Assembly (NCBI GenBank): GCA_050010195.1
Contig: JBEKLM010000008.1
Location: forward strand, 7,843 to 71,842
Length of the DNA stretch: 64,000 nucleotides
Source of the DNA: Verrucomicrobiia bacterium
Lineage (GTDB): Bacteria > Verrucomicrobiota > Verrucomicrobiia > Palsa-1439
Direction: 5' to 3'
Shown here: positions 27,371 through 37,195 of the stretch, piece by piece
Layout: each line of letters opens with the position of its first letter
How positions within the stretch are numbered: position 1 is the first letter of the stretch
Program-made: the position numbers and the translations under genes
Notes under the pieces: model-generated
Told to the model about the DNA's origin: nothing
The model's input: only the letters and a program-made list of their open reading frames with translations
The model's database searches: none

Positions 27371-28564
27371 TCAGACTTTCTTGACCGATGACAGAACTTT
27401 GTAGCCGTGATCCTCGCATTCGACGTGGAAACCGCCAAACCAATCTCGGATCGCGTTCTCGTACGGCAAGCGAACGTTCGCCACAAGATAGAACCGTCCA
27501 CCGGGCTTCAACACTTCCCAGGCATCGCGGATGAATTGGTGCGCGATGTCGAACTCCGCGCGTCGTCCCACGTGAAACGGTGGATTGGTGACCACGACAT
27601 CGAAGGCCGACGTTTTCACCGCACTTCCTGCGTCACTGGGCAGGACCGTGCAATTGGTCAGCGCGCTGGCCTCGACCGATCGCGTTGCCGAGCGAATGGC
27701 TTCCGCATCGCTGTCGAGTAGGACCACGTTTCCTCGCACCGCCATCTTCGCGGCCATGAGTCCAACAATTCCATTGCCACACCCGAGATCCAGCACCGAG
27801 TCATTGGGTTCGATTCGCATTCGTTCCACCAACAATCGCGTGCCGTCATCGAGCCGGTCCCAGGCGAATACCCCGGTGCGGGAGTAAACGGTCACGGAGT
27901 TTTCCCCGATCTCCACGGGAAACTCCAGAAACGCCTGATGGTCGAGCCACTTGACGTCAAACGCGCTGGAATCAACGGGGGACGAAGTCTTCTTTTCCGA
28001 GCGGGCAATCCGATGTCCGCCTCCGTACCCCACGATCGTTGCATTGCCGAAAAGCTGCCCCATCAGTTCAATCGCAGGCTTGATCCCTTCCCGATTGGCG
28101 CCCGCCACGTAGCACGCCCCGCCAACCCGCAGCGCGTGGAATCCATCCCAGAGCAATTGCAACAAGGGAAGCCGTCCCTTGGGCAACCGGATCGCGACGC
28201 AATCCACCGGCTCACGTGACGAGAGACCGCACAAGCCATTGGAGAAATGCACCTCAACATTCTTCAACTGGTTGGCCTCAACCGTCTGCCGCGCGGCCAG
28301 CACATTGACCAGGTTCCGGTCCGTCATGATGACCGTGACACCGCTGGCGGTCATCGCCAGCGCTGCACCCGCCAATCCGGCCCCGGCGTTCAAGTGCAGC
28401 ACGGTTGAATCTTGAGTGATATCGACATGCTCCGCCAGCAACATCAAAGCGGGATCGGGAGCGTCCGAACAAGAGGCCCCGGGTTTCGAGACGAGCTTCA
28501 CGACGCGCTGACGCACCGTTACGTCAACCTGTCTCCACGAGTAATACTGTGATTCTTCCTTCAA
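27371..28564 (-). CDS. rRNA (guanine-N2)-methyltransferase, RsmC/RlmG-like (two tandem MTase-like domains)
   Basis: VLDLGCGNGIVG and the NPPFH motif (VVTNPPFHVG), with an N-terminal degenerate MTase domain. Confidence 0.8.
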   Translation of the reverse strand: MKEESQYYSWRQVDVTVRQRVVKLVSKPGASCSDAPDPALMLLAEHVDITQDSTVLHLNAGAGLAGAALAMTASGVTVIMTDRNLVNVLAARQTVEANQLKNVEVHFSNGLCGLSSREPVDCVAIRLPKGRLPLLQLLWDGFHALRVGGACYVAGANREGIKPAIELMGQLFGNATIVGYGGGHRIARSEKKTSSPVDSSAFDVKWLDHQAFLEFPVEIGENSVTVYSRTGVFAWDRLDDGTRLLVERMRIEPNDSVLDLGCGNGIVGLMAAKMAVRGNVVLLDSDAEAIRSATRSVEASALTNCTVLPSDAGSAVKTSAFDVVVTNPPFHVGRRAEFDIAHQFIRDAWEVLKPGGRFYLVANVRLPYENAIRDWFGGFHVECEDHGYKVLSSVKKV

Positions 28565-28925
28565 TCGCTCGCCTTGTCCGATTATCGCAGGCAGTCAAAG
28601 CGGTTGACGCCAATCGCAGCCGCAGTCTTCAACGCTTCACGACGGGTCATGGGTTGGTCGATCATGCTGGAGTCCTTGTCGATTGCGCTTCCGAACCGAT
28701 GGCTCGACGCCACCGATTCGCACGACACTACCGAGCGCGCCGTAGAATCGCAAGGCTGCTGGCGCTTGATCTATCTTTCTTTAGGTGTGCATCAGGAGGA
28801 ACAGCAGCGTGCTCGGGAGCGCGGAGAAGGCGGTGTCATCCCCATGCACCTGCCGATCCTTGACGACAACTGGAAAGTGTAAGGACGATCAAATCAAAGC
28901 TGGTAGTCCGGGAGTCGCCAACACC

Positions 28926-30413
28926 TCAGTACTGCGGCACGTTCGGATCGATGCGCTCAGCCCAGGCGTTGATACCACCGGCGACGTTCTTGAGTTTGCC
29001 GTAGCCCTGCGATCGGAGAAATTTCAGCGCGCGACCGCTGCGCCCGCCGGACTTGCAATGTAGGACGATGAGCTTGTCCTTGGGCAGTTCCTGAAACCGT
29101 TGCGGTAATTCGGGTAACGGGAGCTTGACCGAGCCATCGATGGTGCAGATGGCGAACTCGTCGGGATTGCGGACATCGACGAGGACAAAATCGTCTCTGC
29201 GGTCGCGCATTTTCTTGAGCGTCTCCACGCTGATGTCGTCGGGGCCAAGGCCTTCGTCTTTCGTTTCCACAATCGAATCTCCTGATGAACCGCCGTCCTC
29301 GCCGCGGCCAATGCCGCAGAATTGGTTGTAATCGATCAGTTTGGTCACGGTCGGATTTTTGCCGCACACAGGGCAGTTCGGATCGCGCGGAATTTTGTAC
29401 TCGCGGAAACTCATGTCCATCGCGTCAAACCGCAGTAATCGGCCCATCAGCGGTTTGCCCTTGCCGATAATGAGCTTGACCGCCTCGTTGGCCTGAATGT
29501 TGCCGATGATGCCGCAAATGACGCCGAGCACGCCGCCTTCCGCGCAACTCGGCACGAGGCCGGGCGGCGGCGGTTCGGGATACCAGCAACGGTAGCACGG
29601 CCCGCCGAGATGCGGCGCGAACACGCTGGCCATGCCTTCCCAGCGGAAAATCGAGCCGTACACGTTCGGCTTCTTCAGCATCACACAGGCGTCATTGACC
29701 AGATACCGCGTCGGAAAATTGTCCGTGCCGTCCAGGACGAGATCGTAATCCTTGATGATGTCGAGCGCGTTGTCGCTGGTGATCTTGACGGGGTAGGGGA
29801 TGAAATTCAGGTTCGGGTTAATCGCCTTGAGTTTTTCCTCGGCGCTCTTGAGCTTGTGTTTGCCCACGTCGCCCGTGAAATGAATAATCTGGCGCTGGAG
29901 ATTGCTGAAATCGACCGTGTCGAACTCGACCATGCCAATCGTGCCCACGCCCGCCGCCGTGAGATACAACGCAATTGGCGAACCGAGTCCACCCGAGCCG
30001 ATGAGCAGCACCTTCGCCGCCTTGATCCGCTCCTGCCCTTCGACGCCAACTTCCGGCAGAATCAAATGACGCGAGTAGCGTTTGATTTCTTCATTCGTCA
30101 GCTTCGCGCGGTCTTTGATGATCGGATCGAGTTTCGCGAGGTTCCCGCCCGCAATCGACGGCACAATCGAGATTTCGTCGCCTTCGTTGACCTGAGCATC
30201 GTCGCCTTTGGCGCGGATGTCCTCGTCGTTGACGTACACCCGCACGAAATTGCGCAGTTTGCCGTCGTCGCTGTAGAGATGCGGACGCAGTTGCGCGTGC
30301 TCGGTGGTCAGGTTGCCCAGCACTTCGCTGATCGTCCCGCCGGGCACTTCGACCGTCGCCTGCCCATTGGCAAAACGCCGGAGGGCTGTTGGTATCGTGA
30401 CTTTAATTGCCAT
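28926..30413 (-). CDS. Tripartite fusion: ThiS/MoaD/CysO-like sulfur-carrier domain (ending GG), then MoeB/ThiF/MoeZ E1-like adenylyltransferase, then a rhodanese domain
   Basis: N-terminal ubiquitin-like domain ending …IVPSIAGG. E1 motifs LLIGSGGLGSPIALYL and CxxC…CPVCG. C-terminal rhodanese active site LHCKSGGRSG. Confidence 0.85.
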   Translation of the reverse strand: MAIKVTIPTALRRFANGQATVEVPGGTISEVLGNLTTEHAQLRPHLYSDDGKLRNFVRVYVNDEDIRAKGDDAQVNEGDEISIVPSIAGGNLAKLDPIIKDRAKLTNEEIKRYSRHLILPEVGVEGQERIKAAKVLLIGSGGLGSPIALYLTAAGVGTIGMVEFDTVDFSNLQRQIIHFTGDVGKHKLKSAEEKLKAINPNLNFIPYPVKITSDNALDIIKDYDLVLDGTDNFPTRYLVNDACVMLKKPNVYGSIFRWEGMASVFAPHLGGPCYRCWYPEPPPPGLVPSCAEGGVLGVICGIIGNIQANEAVKLIIGKGKPLMGRLLRFDAMDMSFREYKIPRDPNCPVCGKNPTVTKLIDYNQFCGIGRGEDGGSSGDSIVETKDEGLGPDDISVETLKKMRDRRDDFVLVDVRNPDEFAICTIDGSVKLPLPELPQRFQELPKDKLIVLHCKSGGRSGRALKFLRSQGYGKLKNVAGGINAWAERIDPNVPQY

Positions 30414-30462
30414 CGTGTTCTCCTGAATCAAATCCGCGGCCCGCGGTGGATAGTCTATCGCA

Positions 30463-30891
30463 TTACTCGGAAATTTCAACTGCCTCTTGGTCAAACGCCG
30501 AGCGGTCATCCCGCAACCGCCAGGAATTGGATTCGACCGCCTTGCCTTTCACGACCGAGACGATCAAGTACGAAAAATTCGGCCACGCGTGATCAAGGTC
30601 GAATTGCGACGGGCGCGCGGCCACATCCGGGTGCGAATGATAAATCCCCAGCACGTCCATCCCACGCTTGTCGGCCTCGCGCTCGATCTTCATATACACG
30701 AGCGGATCAATCAGGTATCGGTTGCGCGCACTCTCCCCACCAGAGGCGGGCAGGTCGGTGCGCCGGTTGTCTGCGGAGACAATTTCCGTAATCACACCGT
30801 CTTTGCCCAGCATCACACCGCACGCCTCGTTCGGATAACCTGATTCCAAATGCCTGTGAGTTTGATGCAGGAGTTGTTGGGAGAGTTTCAT
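30463..30891 (-). CDS. mec: JAMM/MPN+ metalloprotease (Mec-like)
   Basis: JAMM motif GIYHSHPDVAARPSQFD plus an upstream E. The position between cysM and the carrier-E1 gene matches the Mtb mec-cysO-cysM context. Confidence 0.8.
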   Translation of the reverse strand: MKLSQQLLHQTHRHLESGYPNEACGVMLGKDGVITEIVSADNRRTDLPASGGESARNRYLIDPLVYMKIEREADKRGMDVLGIYHSHPDVAARPSQFDLDHAWPNFSYLIVSVVKGKAVESNSWRLRDDRSAFDQEAVEISE

Positions 30892-30910
30892 CTGTGGTGA
30901 GCGTCTCCTG

Positions 30911-31008
30911 CCCCCTCACCTTGATCCTCTCCCCCGGAGGGGAGAGGAAACTGCTGCACGCTCGCCGGTCCCCTCTCCCCTTGAGGGAGAGGGTTAGGGT
31001 GAGGGGAC
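30911..31008. repeat. Compound palindromic element: an outer inverted repeat (ccccctcacc / ggtgagggg) enclosing two similar GC hairpins (cctctcccc-cgga-ggggagagg and ccctctccc-cttga-gggagaggg)
   Basis: Read directly in the 130-bp cysM–mec intergenic gap. It is transcribed within the operon. Confidence 0.55.
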
Positions 31009-31021
31009 AGCCTGTGTGTAG

Positions 31022-31960
31022 TCATGCCGCCTCCCAGAACTTCTCGCTTTGGTAGCGTGCCCCAGCATCGGGACAAATGGCAACGATCACGCCCTCCTGG
31101 ATGGTGGCCGCCACCTTGAGCGCGGCGCAAATGCCAGCACCCGCGCTCACGCCGACGTACAGACCTTCCTCGCGCGTCATGCGCCGGGCCATTTGCTGCG
31201 CGGCTTCGGTCGAGATCCCGACAATCTGGTCGGGGACCTTCGCATCGTACAACGCCGGGACATGCGAGGCCGTTTCCATGTGCTTGAGTCCTTCCAGGCC
31301 GTGAAATGGCCCTTCGGGTTGGATGGCAACGAGCTTGATGTCGCGATTGAATTCGCGGAGCCGTTGGCCCGTGCCCATCAACGTGCCGCTCGTGCCAAGC
31401 CCGGCGAGAAAATGCGTGATCTTGCCTTCGGTCTGCTGGATGATCTCCGGCCCCGTGGTTTCATAATGCGCGCGCGGGTTTTCGGGATTGCCGTATTGGT
31501 CGGGGTAAAAATACAGGTCGGGGTGCTCCTTGTACAGCCGCTGCGCCGCGTAGAACGCACCGTCACTGCCTTCCGCCGGGTCGGTAAGAACCACTTCCGC
31601 GCCGTACGCCTTCAGGAGTTTCTTGCGCTCGGGACTGGCATTCGCCGGCATCAGCAACTTGCAGCGGTAGCCACGCCGCGCGGCGATCATGGCATACGCA
31701 ATGCCCGTGTTGCCGCTGGTGGCATCGAGGATGGCTTTCTCTGGCGCAAGCTGGCCGGACACTTCCGCGGCGCGAATCATGCGGTACGCGGGCCGGTCCT
31801 TCACGGAACCACCGGGATTGTACCACTCCGCCTTGGCGAGGATGCGAACGCGGGGGAATTCATGCCCGATGCGCAGCAAGGGAATCAGCGGCGTGCTGCC
31901 AATCGTGCGCAACAACGCGTCGGAATCCGACGACGGCAGGAGCGAGACTTCACCCATCAT
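31022..31960 (-). CDS. cysM: Cysteine synthase of the CysM/CysK PLP-dependent family, likely CysO-thiocarboxylate-dependent
   Basis: PLP-lysine motif GGSVKDRPAYRMI and glycine-rich loop GTSGTLMGTG. Synteny with mec and the CysO-like carrier. Confidence 0.85.
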   Translation of the reverse strand: MMGEVSLLPSSDSDALLRTIGSTPLIPLLRIGHEFPRVRILAKAEWYNPGGSVKDRPAYRMIRAAEVSGQLAPEKAILDATSGNTGIAYAMIAARRGYRCKLLMPANASPERKKLLKAYGAEVVLTDPAEGSDGAFYAAQRLYKEHPDLYFYPDQYGNPENPRAHYETTGPEIIQQTEGKITHFLAGLGTSGTLMGTGQRLREFNRDIKLVAIQPEGPFHGLEGLKHMETASHVPALYDAKVPDQIVGISTEAAQQMARRMTREEGLYVGVSAGAGICAALKVAATIQEGVIVAICPDAGARYQSEKFWEAA

Positions 31961-32817
31961 CAGGCCGGTTTATCGCCCTTGACAATCGGCGCGTTGACCA
32001 AATTGCCCCACTCGGTCCACGAACCATCGTAGTTTCTCACGCTCGGGTAGCCCAGTAGATATTTCAACACAAACCACGTGTGCGCCGACCGCTCGCCGAT
32101 CCGGCAGTAGGCGATGGTATCATCGTACGGGGTGACCCCGCGGCCGCGGTACAATTCCAACAACGCGTCGTGGTCTTTGAATGTGCCGTCTTCGTTGACC
32201 GCCTGCGCCCAGGGAACGTTCAACGCTGTGGGTATGTGACCGCCGCGTTGCGCGGTTTCCGTCATTCCCGGCGGAGCAATCACCTTGCCGGTGTACTCAT
32301 CAGGCGAGCGCACGTCCACGAGATTGAATTTGCTCTCCTTGATCGCCAGCGCCACGTCATCGCGAAACGCGCGCAGAGATCCATCTGCCGGGCGGGCGCG
32401 GTAGCTGGTCGCCGGGTATTTGGGCACATCCCTGGTGACCGCGCGGTTCTCGGCGAGCCACTTCTTGCGTCCGCCGTTCATGATGCAGGCGGCGCGGTGG
32501 CCGTACAGTTTCAATTGCCAAAACGCGTAGCACGCGAACCAGTTGTTGTTGTCCCCGTACAGGACGACGGTTGTATCCGCTGCGATACCGGACTCGCCCA
32601 TCAACTTCTCGAAAGCTTCCTCGGTCAGCACGTCGCGGCGGATGTTGTCGCAGAGCTGGCTTTGCCAGTTCCAGGCGATGGCGCCCGCAATGTGACCTTG
32701 CTCGTAGGCCGACGTGTCGACGTCCACTTCGACGAGGCGCACATTCGCGTCGCCCTTGTGGTGTTCAACCCAATCGGTTGAAACAAGAACATCTGGATGT
32801 GAATACGGTTTCGTCAT
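31960..32817 (-). CDS. sseA: 3-mercaptopyruvate/thiosulfate sulfurtransferase (tandem rhodanese)
   Basis: Two rhodanese domains with a CRIGERS active-site loop (…YCRIGERSAHTWF…). Confidence 0.85.
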   Translation of the reverse strand: MTKPYSHPDVLVSTDWVEHHKGDANVRLVEVDVDTSAYEQGHIAGAIAWNWQSQLCDNIRRDVLTEEAFEKLMGESGIAADTTVVLYGDNNNWFACYAFWQLKLYGHRAACIMNGGRKKWLAENRAVTRDVPKYPATSYRARPADGSLRAFRDDVALAIKESKFNLVDVRSPDEYTGKVIAPPGMTETAQRGGHIPTALNVPWAQAVNEDGTFKDHDALLELYRGRGVTPYDDTIAYCRIGERSAHTWFVLKYLLGYPSVRNYDGSWTEWGNLVNAPIVKGDKPA

Positions 32818-32948
32818 GGATCATGCCCTTTTATTTGGTGCTCTGAAACCAACTGTGAAACGTGCAACCCGCCAACACCAACGACATTATACCATGGAGA
32901 TGTGGTGGGGCAATCATGGTTTCGATAGCGAGGAGGCCATGTGAGGGT

Positions 32949-33024
32949 TGGTGGAGATGAGGGGATTTGAACCCCTGACCTCCTCGTTGCGAACGAGGCG
33001 CTCTCCCAACTGAGCTACATCCCC
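32949..33024 (-). tRNA. tRNA-Ala (anticodon CGC), CCA encoded
   Basis: The reverse complement reads GGGGATGTAGCTCAGTTGGGAGAGCGCCTCGTTCGCAACGAGGAGGTCAGGGGTTCAAATCCCCTCATCTCCACCA. It has the G3:U70 pair, the anticodon loop TT-CGC-AA and a GTTCAAATC T-loop. Confidence 0.95.
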
Positions 33025-33086
33025 AACACTTCAACAAGGTCACCATTTCAAAAAACGCTCCCTGAGTCAAGCCGATCGAGCCAGAC

Positions 33087-33311
33087 TTGCGGACCATGGC
33101 ACGTACCCTGCTTAACATCCTGTCCATGAAACGCAATGCGCAAAAGGGTAACCAAAAGCCCCCCCCAACGCTGGCGGATTTGATCGCCACCGTAAACCAA
33201 CTCACGCGCGACGAACAGCTTGGCGCATATATCGTTGCCGATCTGATCAATTCACGTAAGGTCCGTCTGGAAGGTCAGTTCCAGGGACACAACGTGATCG
33301 TTTCGGACTAG
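33087..33311 (+). CDS. Small hypothetical protein (74 aa)
   Basis: ORF only; no recognised motif. Confidence 0.25.
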   Translation: MRTMARTLLNILSMKRNAQKGNQKPPPTLADLIATVNQLTRDEQLGAYIVADLINSRKVRLEGQFQGHNVIVSD

Positions 33312-33401
33312 TCGCACCCGCGGGGTTGGCCGCTGGCGGGGTCTCAACCCTGCAAAATAGTCCTGCCCTTTTGCGCTCATTTTTGCCACACTCGCGCAAA
33401 A

Positions 33402-34193
33402 ATGAGCGCCCTATTTCGTCCCCACCATAAATTTGTCATTGGCGTCGTTCACCTGAAACCTCTTCCCGGCTCACCCAAATGGGGTGGCAGCCTGCAGGCC
33501 GTCATCGATTTTGCCCTTGCCGACGCCCGGGCCTACGAGCGCGGCAGCGTTGACGCGATCATCATCGAAAACTTCGGCGACGCGCCATTCACCAAGTCGC
33601 GTGTCGGGCCGGAGACGGTTGCCGTCATGTCGGCCGCGGGCTCGGCAGTCCGCGCCGCGGTCAAGCTGCCGCTGGGATTCAATGTGTTGCGCAACGACCC
33701 GCAAACTGCGTTGGCGCTGTGCGCCGCGTGCGGCGGGAGTTTCGTGCGGGTGAACGTCCATTCCGGCGCGATGCTGACCGATCAGGGCATCATCGAAGGC
33801 GACGCTTACGGAACTGTCCGTTATCGCGAACGAATTTGCCCGACCGCGTCCATTTTTGCCGATGTCCACGTGAAGCACGCCGTCCCACTCGGTAATTTTG
33901 AAATCGAGGACTCGGCGCATGACACGCTGGATCGTGGGCTGGCCGATGCCCTGATCATTTCCGGAACGGGCACGGGCCGGGTGGCGGACATTACGGACGT
34001 GCAGCGTGTGCGCGAGGCATGCCCGTCGGCGAAGATTCTCATCGGCAGCGGCATCAATGTCGACAATGTCCGCGAGTTCCTCCGTTATGCCGACGGCGTG
34101 ATCGTGGGCACATCGCTCAAAGTCGGCGGTAAACTATTCAGCGCGGTCGATCCCCGGCGCGTGGCGGCGCTCGTCAAAGCCGCCCACGCGTGA
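33402..34193 (+). CDS. BtpA/SgcQ family TIM-barrel protein
   Basis: N-terminal VIGVVHLKPLPGSP… and overall BtpA-family conservation. Confidence 0.7.
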   Translation: MSALFRPHHKFVIGVVHLKPLPGSPKWGGSLQAVIDFALADARAYERGSVDAIIIENFGDAPFTKSRVGPETVAVMSAAGSAVRAAVKLPLGFNVLRNDPQTALALCAACGGSFVRVNVHSGAMLTDQGIIEGDAYGTVRYRERICPTASIFADVHVKHAVPLGNFEIEDSAHDTLDRGLADALIISGTGTGRVADITDVQRVREACPSAKILIGSGINVDNVREFLRYADGVIVGTSLKVGGKLFSAVDPRRVAALVKAAHA

Positions 34194-34945
34194 ACACGAT
34201 TCGATTAAGCCGCGACTGGCCCGCGGTGGAGGTCCTCCACGAAGACGAGGCCATTCTGGCGGTGAACAAGCCGGCCGGTTTGCTTGCCGTCCCGGATCGG
34301 TTCGACAAGGACAAGCCCGACCTGATCTCGCTGCTTCAGGCGGCGCGTCCGGGGGAATCATTGGCGAACGTTCATCGCCTTGATTTCAACACCAGCGGCG
34401 TGTTCGTCGTGGCGAAGAACCAGGAAACGTTTCGCGATCTGGTTCGCCAGTTCCGCGACCGCGAGACGCGAAAAATGTATGCGGCACTTGTACGAGGTAC
34501 GCCCGACATATCACCCCTGACCATTGACCTTCCCATTGGGCGACATCCCAAGTTTCCGGGGCTGGCCCGGATCGATCACAGTCGCGGCAGCGAAGCGCGG
34601 AGTCTCGTCCACGTTCGGGAGAGATTTCGCGGGTATGCGTTGCTGGAGGTCGTCATCGAAACCGGACGGATGCACCAGATTCGCGTGCATGTACAGGCCG
34701 TCGGGTGCCCGCTGGTCGGTGATCCCGATTACGGCGGCGCTCCACTGTTGCTCTCGCAGTTCAAGGCTGACTACAAGGGGAAGGACGACGAGCCGGAGCG
34801 TCCGTTGCTGGATCGCCCGGCGTTGCACGCGGAGCGATTGACGCTCAACCGTCCAATGACGGCTGAGAAACTCACCATCGAAGCCCCGTGGCCGAAGGAT
34901 TTGACGATAGCGTTGAAGCAACTGCGCAAGTACGCCGCGCTTTAG
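34190..34945 (+). CDS. RluA-family pseudouridine synthase
   Basis: Catalytic motif VHRLDFNTSGVFVVAKN plus the HQIRVH motif. Confidence 0.85.
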   Translation: MNTIRLSRDWPAVEVLHEDEAILAVNKPAGLLAVPDRFDKDKPDLISLLQAARPGESLANVHRLDFNTSGVFVVAKNQETFRDLVRQFRDRETRKMYAALVRGTPDISPLTIDLPIGRHPKFPGLARIDHSRGSEARSLVHVRERFRGYALLEVVIETGRMHQIRVHVQAVGCPLVGDPDYGGAPLLLSQFKADYKGKDDEPERPLLDRPALHAERLTLNRPMTAEKLTIEAPWPKDLTIALKQLRKYAAL

Positions 34946-35730
34946 CGCGGTTTGCGAGCGCGGATGATCAGGAAGAAGGCGACCTTGCGCGTGTCGGCCA
35001 CGCGCGGGCATTCGGCGGCGGTTTTCTCGTCGGCGCGCGGTTCGGCCAGGCGTTCGATTTGAAATCCGGTATCGAGCAACATGTTGAGCCATTCGCTCAA
35101 CGTATGATCGAAGTAGGCCATCCGAAACTTGCGCATCTTGTCGGTCAGTTCCTTCGGCGCTGCTCCAAAGATCCACTCATCGATCCGTCCGGGTTTCTGG
35201 TCGAAATACTGACCGCACAGCACGCCGAGTTTGGTTCCGTTCTCGTCCCGAATCCAGTTCCACAAGGGCGTTTGGAAGCAGGGATGGGTGATCGAGAACT
35301 GGAAGAAGCCGCCCGGTTTGATCACGCGAAATGCCTCCCGAATCGCCCGGTCCTGTTCCGGCATGTCCATCAGGGACATGAATGCCGTGGCGAAATCGAA
35401 GGATCGATCGGGGAAGGGGAGTTGCACGGCGCTGGCGAGGTGATAGTCGATTCCCAGGGGCTTTTCCCTTTCCGCGTCCGATGCGTAACGAATGAACGTC
35501 TCCGAGATATCGAACGCGGTCATTACCGCACCGCGCTGGGCGAGCAGCCGGGTATTATGGCCCTCTCCGCAGCCGATGTCCAGTCCGCGTAGCCCTTTCA
35601 CCTCCGGCAACATCGCGAAAAAAGCGGGCGTATTGACGTAGTCACGATACACGTCATGGCCAGCCCGAGAGAGTTGGGTCCACACCTCGGCGTTCTCATC
35701 CCACATCCGCCCGACTTCACGATCATTCAC
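34942..35730 (-). CDS. Class I SAM-dependent methyltransferase
   Basis: Motif I LDIGCGEGHNTRLLA and post-I acidic DISE. Confidence 0.75.
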   Translation of the reverse strand: MNDREVGRMWDENAEVWTQLSRAGHDVYRDYVNTPAFFAMLPEVKGLRGLDIGCGEGHNTRLLAQRGAVMTAFDISETFIRYASDAEREKPLGIDYHLASAVQLPFPDRSFDFATAFMSLMDMPEQDRAIREAFRVIKPGGFFQFSITHPCFQTPLWNWIRDENGTKLGVLCGQYFDQKPGRIDEWIFGAAPKELTDKMRKFRMAYFDHTLSEWLNMLLDTGFQIERLAEPRADEKTAAECPRVADTRKVAFFLIIRARKPR

Positions 35731-35787
35731 AATCTGTCTCCATAATCTCGCGCAGGTGCCCAGAGCCCCGGCGGCAACGCAGGCCCT

Positions 35788-37146
35788 TCACGCGCCAGGA
35801 AACCTGCGTTGTTGGTACAGTATGTCCCAGCAATTGCCTGCAGCGTGTTCGCGGTCATGATGGTAAAAAAGATGGATGACACCTCGCAACAAAACCACCT
35901 GTGGGGAATGGGCTGCCCTGCCCGGCGTTGTGCTCGTCACTTGCCTTGGCTCCGACCAGTGTTGGCCGCCATCCGCGCTGACGGAGTAGGCAATATCGTA
36001 TCTGGCATCGCGTCCCTTGCCAGCGTGATGCACCCAGGCAACAACGATTCTCTGGCCCTCCACAGACATGGACAAACCGCTGGTGCTGATACTTCTGGGT
36101 TTCAGGCCCGCTGACAACTTTCTTGCCTCAGACCATGTGGCAGTCGAATCCTTCCAGTTCCGGTAAAAGAGTTGGTAGTCAAGGCTCTCCCCGAAAAAAG
36201 GAACCTGGTCCTTCAACCGCAGTTCTGTCGCCGGGTTTTCCAGCCAGCAAAAATGGAACGTGTCCTCGTCACCCACGGGAGCACAGACGCTATACCAGTA
36301 GTGCGCGACGAGCGTTTGCAGGGCGGGCCAGGGCGCATCGCTTCCGCTTCTTTCGGTATACACCAGATCCGGCGCATGGTTCACGAGGAGGAATTGAGTC
36401 CCGCGACTCGCGAAAAGACCCGGCAAGGCCGTGTATCCTCGCAAATCAAACAAGTGGGTCCTCGTCCACGACGACCCACCATCCTGACTTTCATAGACCC
36501 CAATCACAGCCGGCGATCCCTCTTTTCTGGCTTCGTTGGCAAACGAGACGTCCGCCTGAGCCACGTATGGGACATCAATCTGCGAGCCGCGGACCAGCGC
36601 GCTCCCAAAACCGAATTCGTATACCCCCAGACTTGTAGCTTCCGTGCCGAACAGATCCCCTCGGGTCAATGCCACCTTCTCGCGGGCCACCGTTTGCAGA
36701 CCGAAATCGTTGTCGAGGGACGCGACCACGATTTCCCCATCAACCCTGTCTTGGGAAAAATTCCTGGCCTGATACGCTTGATTGCGCGGCGGCAGAACGT
36801 CGGATTTCACGAGTACAATCTCGTTGGTCGTCGCGTCAGCGTACGCCAGGTGGTAGCCGTTAAAGGCTGGGACCGCTTTCTTGTCCCAATTCAGTCCGTC
36901 ATCTCCCAGAGTGTAAAGGGCGTGGTCTTCCAAATCGAAAGCGACGGCGCGGTTATTGAACTTGCGAGCCTGCAGGTCGGATCGGCACCCCAATTCGGAA
37001 TCAAGAACCTTTGGAGCCGTCCAGTCGGTATCGATCGGTGCAACGCGCGGCGCCACGCGGCCACATCCGCTTGCGCACAGCGCCGAGACGAAAACCGTGG
37101 CGAGCAGAAACGCGAGCCGTGACAGCGGTCGCATCTGATTCTTCAT
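35788..37146 (-). CDS. BNR/sialidase-like repeat lipoprotein
   Basis: Lipobox (SALCASGC). BNR motifs SQDGGSSWTRT and SADGGQHWSE. Confidence 0.7.
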   Translation of the reverse strand: MKNQMRPLSRLAFLLATVFVSALCASGCGRVAPRVAPIDTDWTAPKVLDSELGCRSDLQARKFNNRAVAFDLEDHALYTLGDDGLNWDKKAVPAFNGYHLAYADATTNEIVLVKSDVLPPRNQAYQARNFSQDRVDGEIVVASLDNDFGLQTVAREKVALTRGDLFGTEATSLGVYEFGFGSALVRGSQIDVPYVAQADVSFANEARKEGSPAVIGVYESQDGGSSWTRTHLFDLRGYTALPGLFASRGTQFLLVNHAPDLVYTERSGSDAPWPALQTLVAHYWYSVCAPVGDEDTFHFCWLENPATELRLKDQVPFFGESLDYQLFYRNWKDSTATWSEARKLSAGLKPRSISTSGLSMSVEGQRIVVAWVHHAGKGRDARYDIAYSVSADGGQHWSEPRQVTSTTPGRAAHSPQVVLLRGVIHLFYHHDREHAAGNCWDILYQQRRFPGA

Positions 37147-37195
37147 CGACGTCCTGCAGATTGTTTTGGGCATTCTCACGCCCGGGCGTTCACAG

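Noticed and set aside
29610-32032. Plus-strand ORFs of 393 aa and 327 aa
   Set aside because: They are antisense to the moeZ-fusion/mec and cysM/sseA genes, which have strong motif support.
34511-35592. ORFs 34511..35176 (-) and 34888..35592 (+)
   Set aside because: They overlap the RluA and class-I MTase genes, which carry catalytic motifs, and have no motifs of their own.
36172-37122. 316-aa plus-strand ORF
   Set aside because: It is antisense to the BNR-repeat lipoprotein gene.
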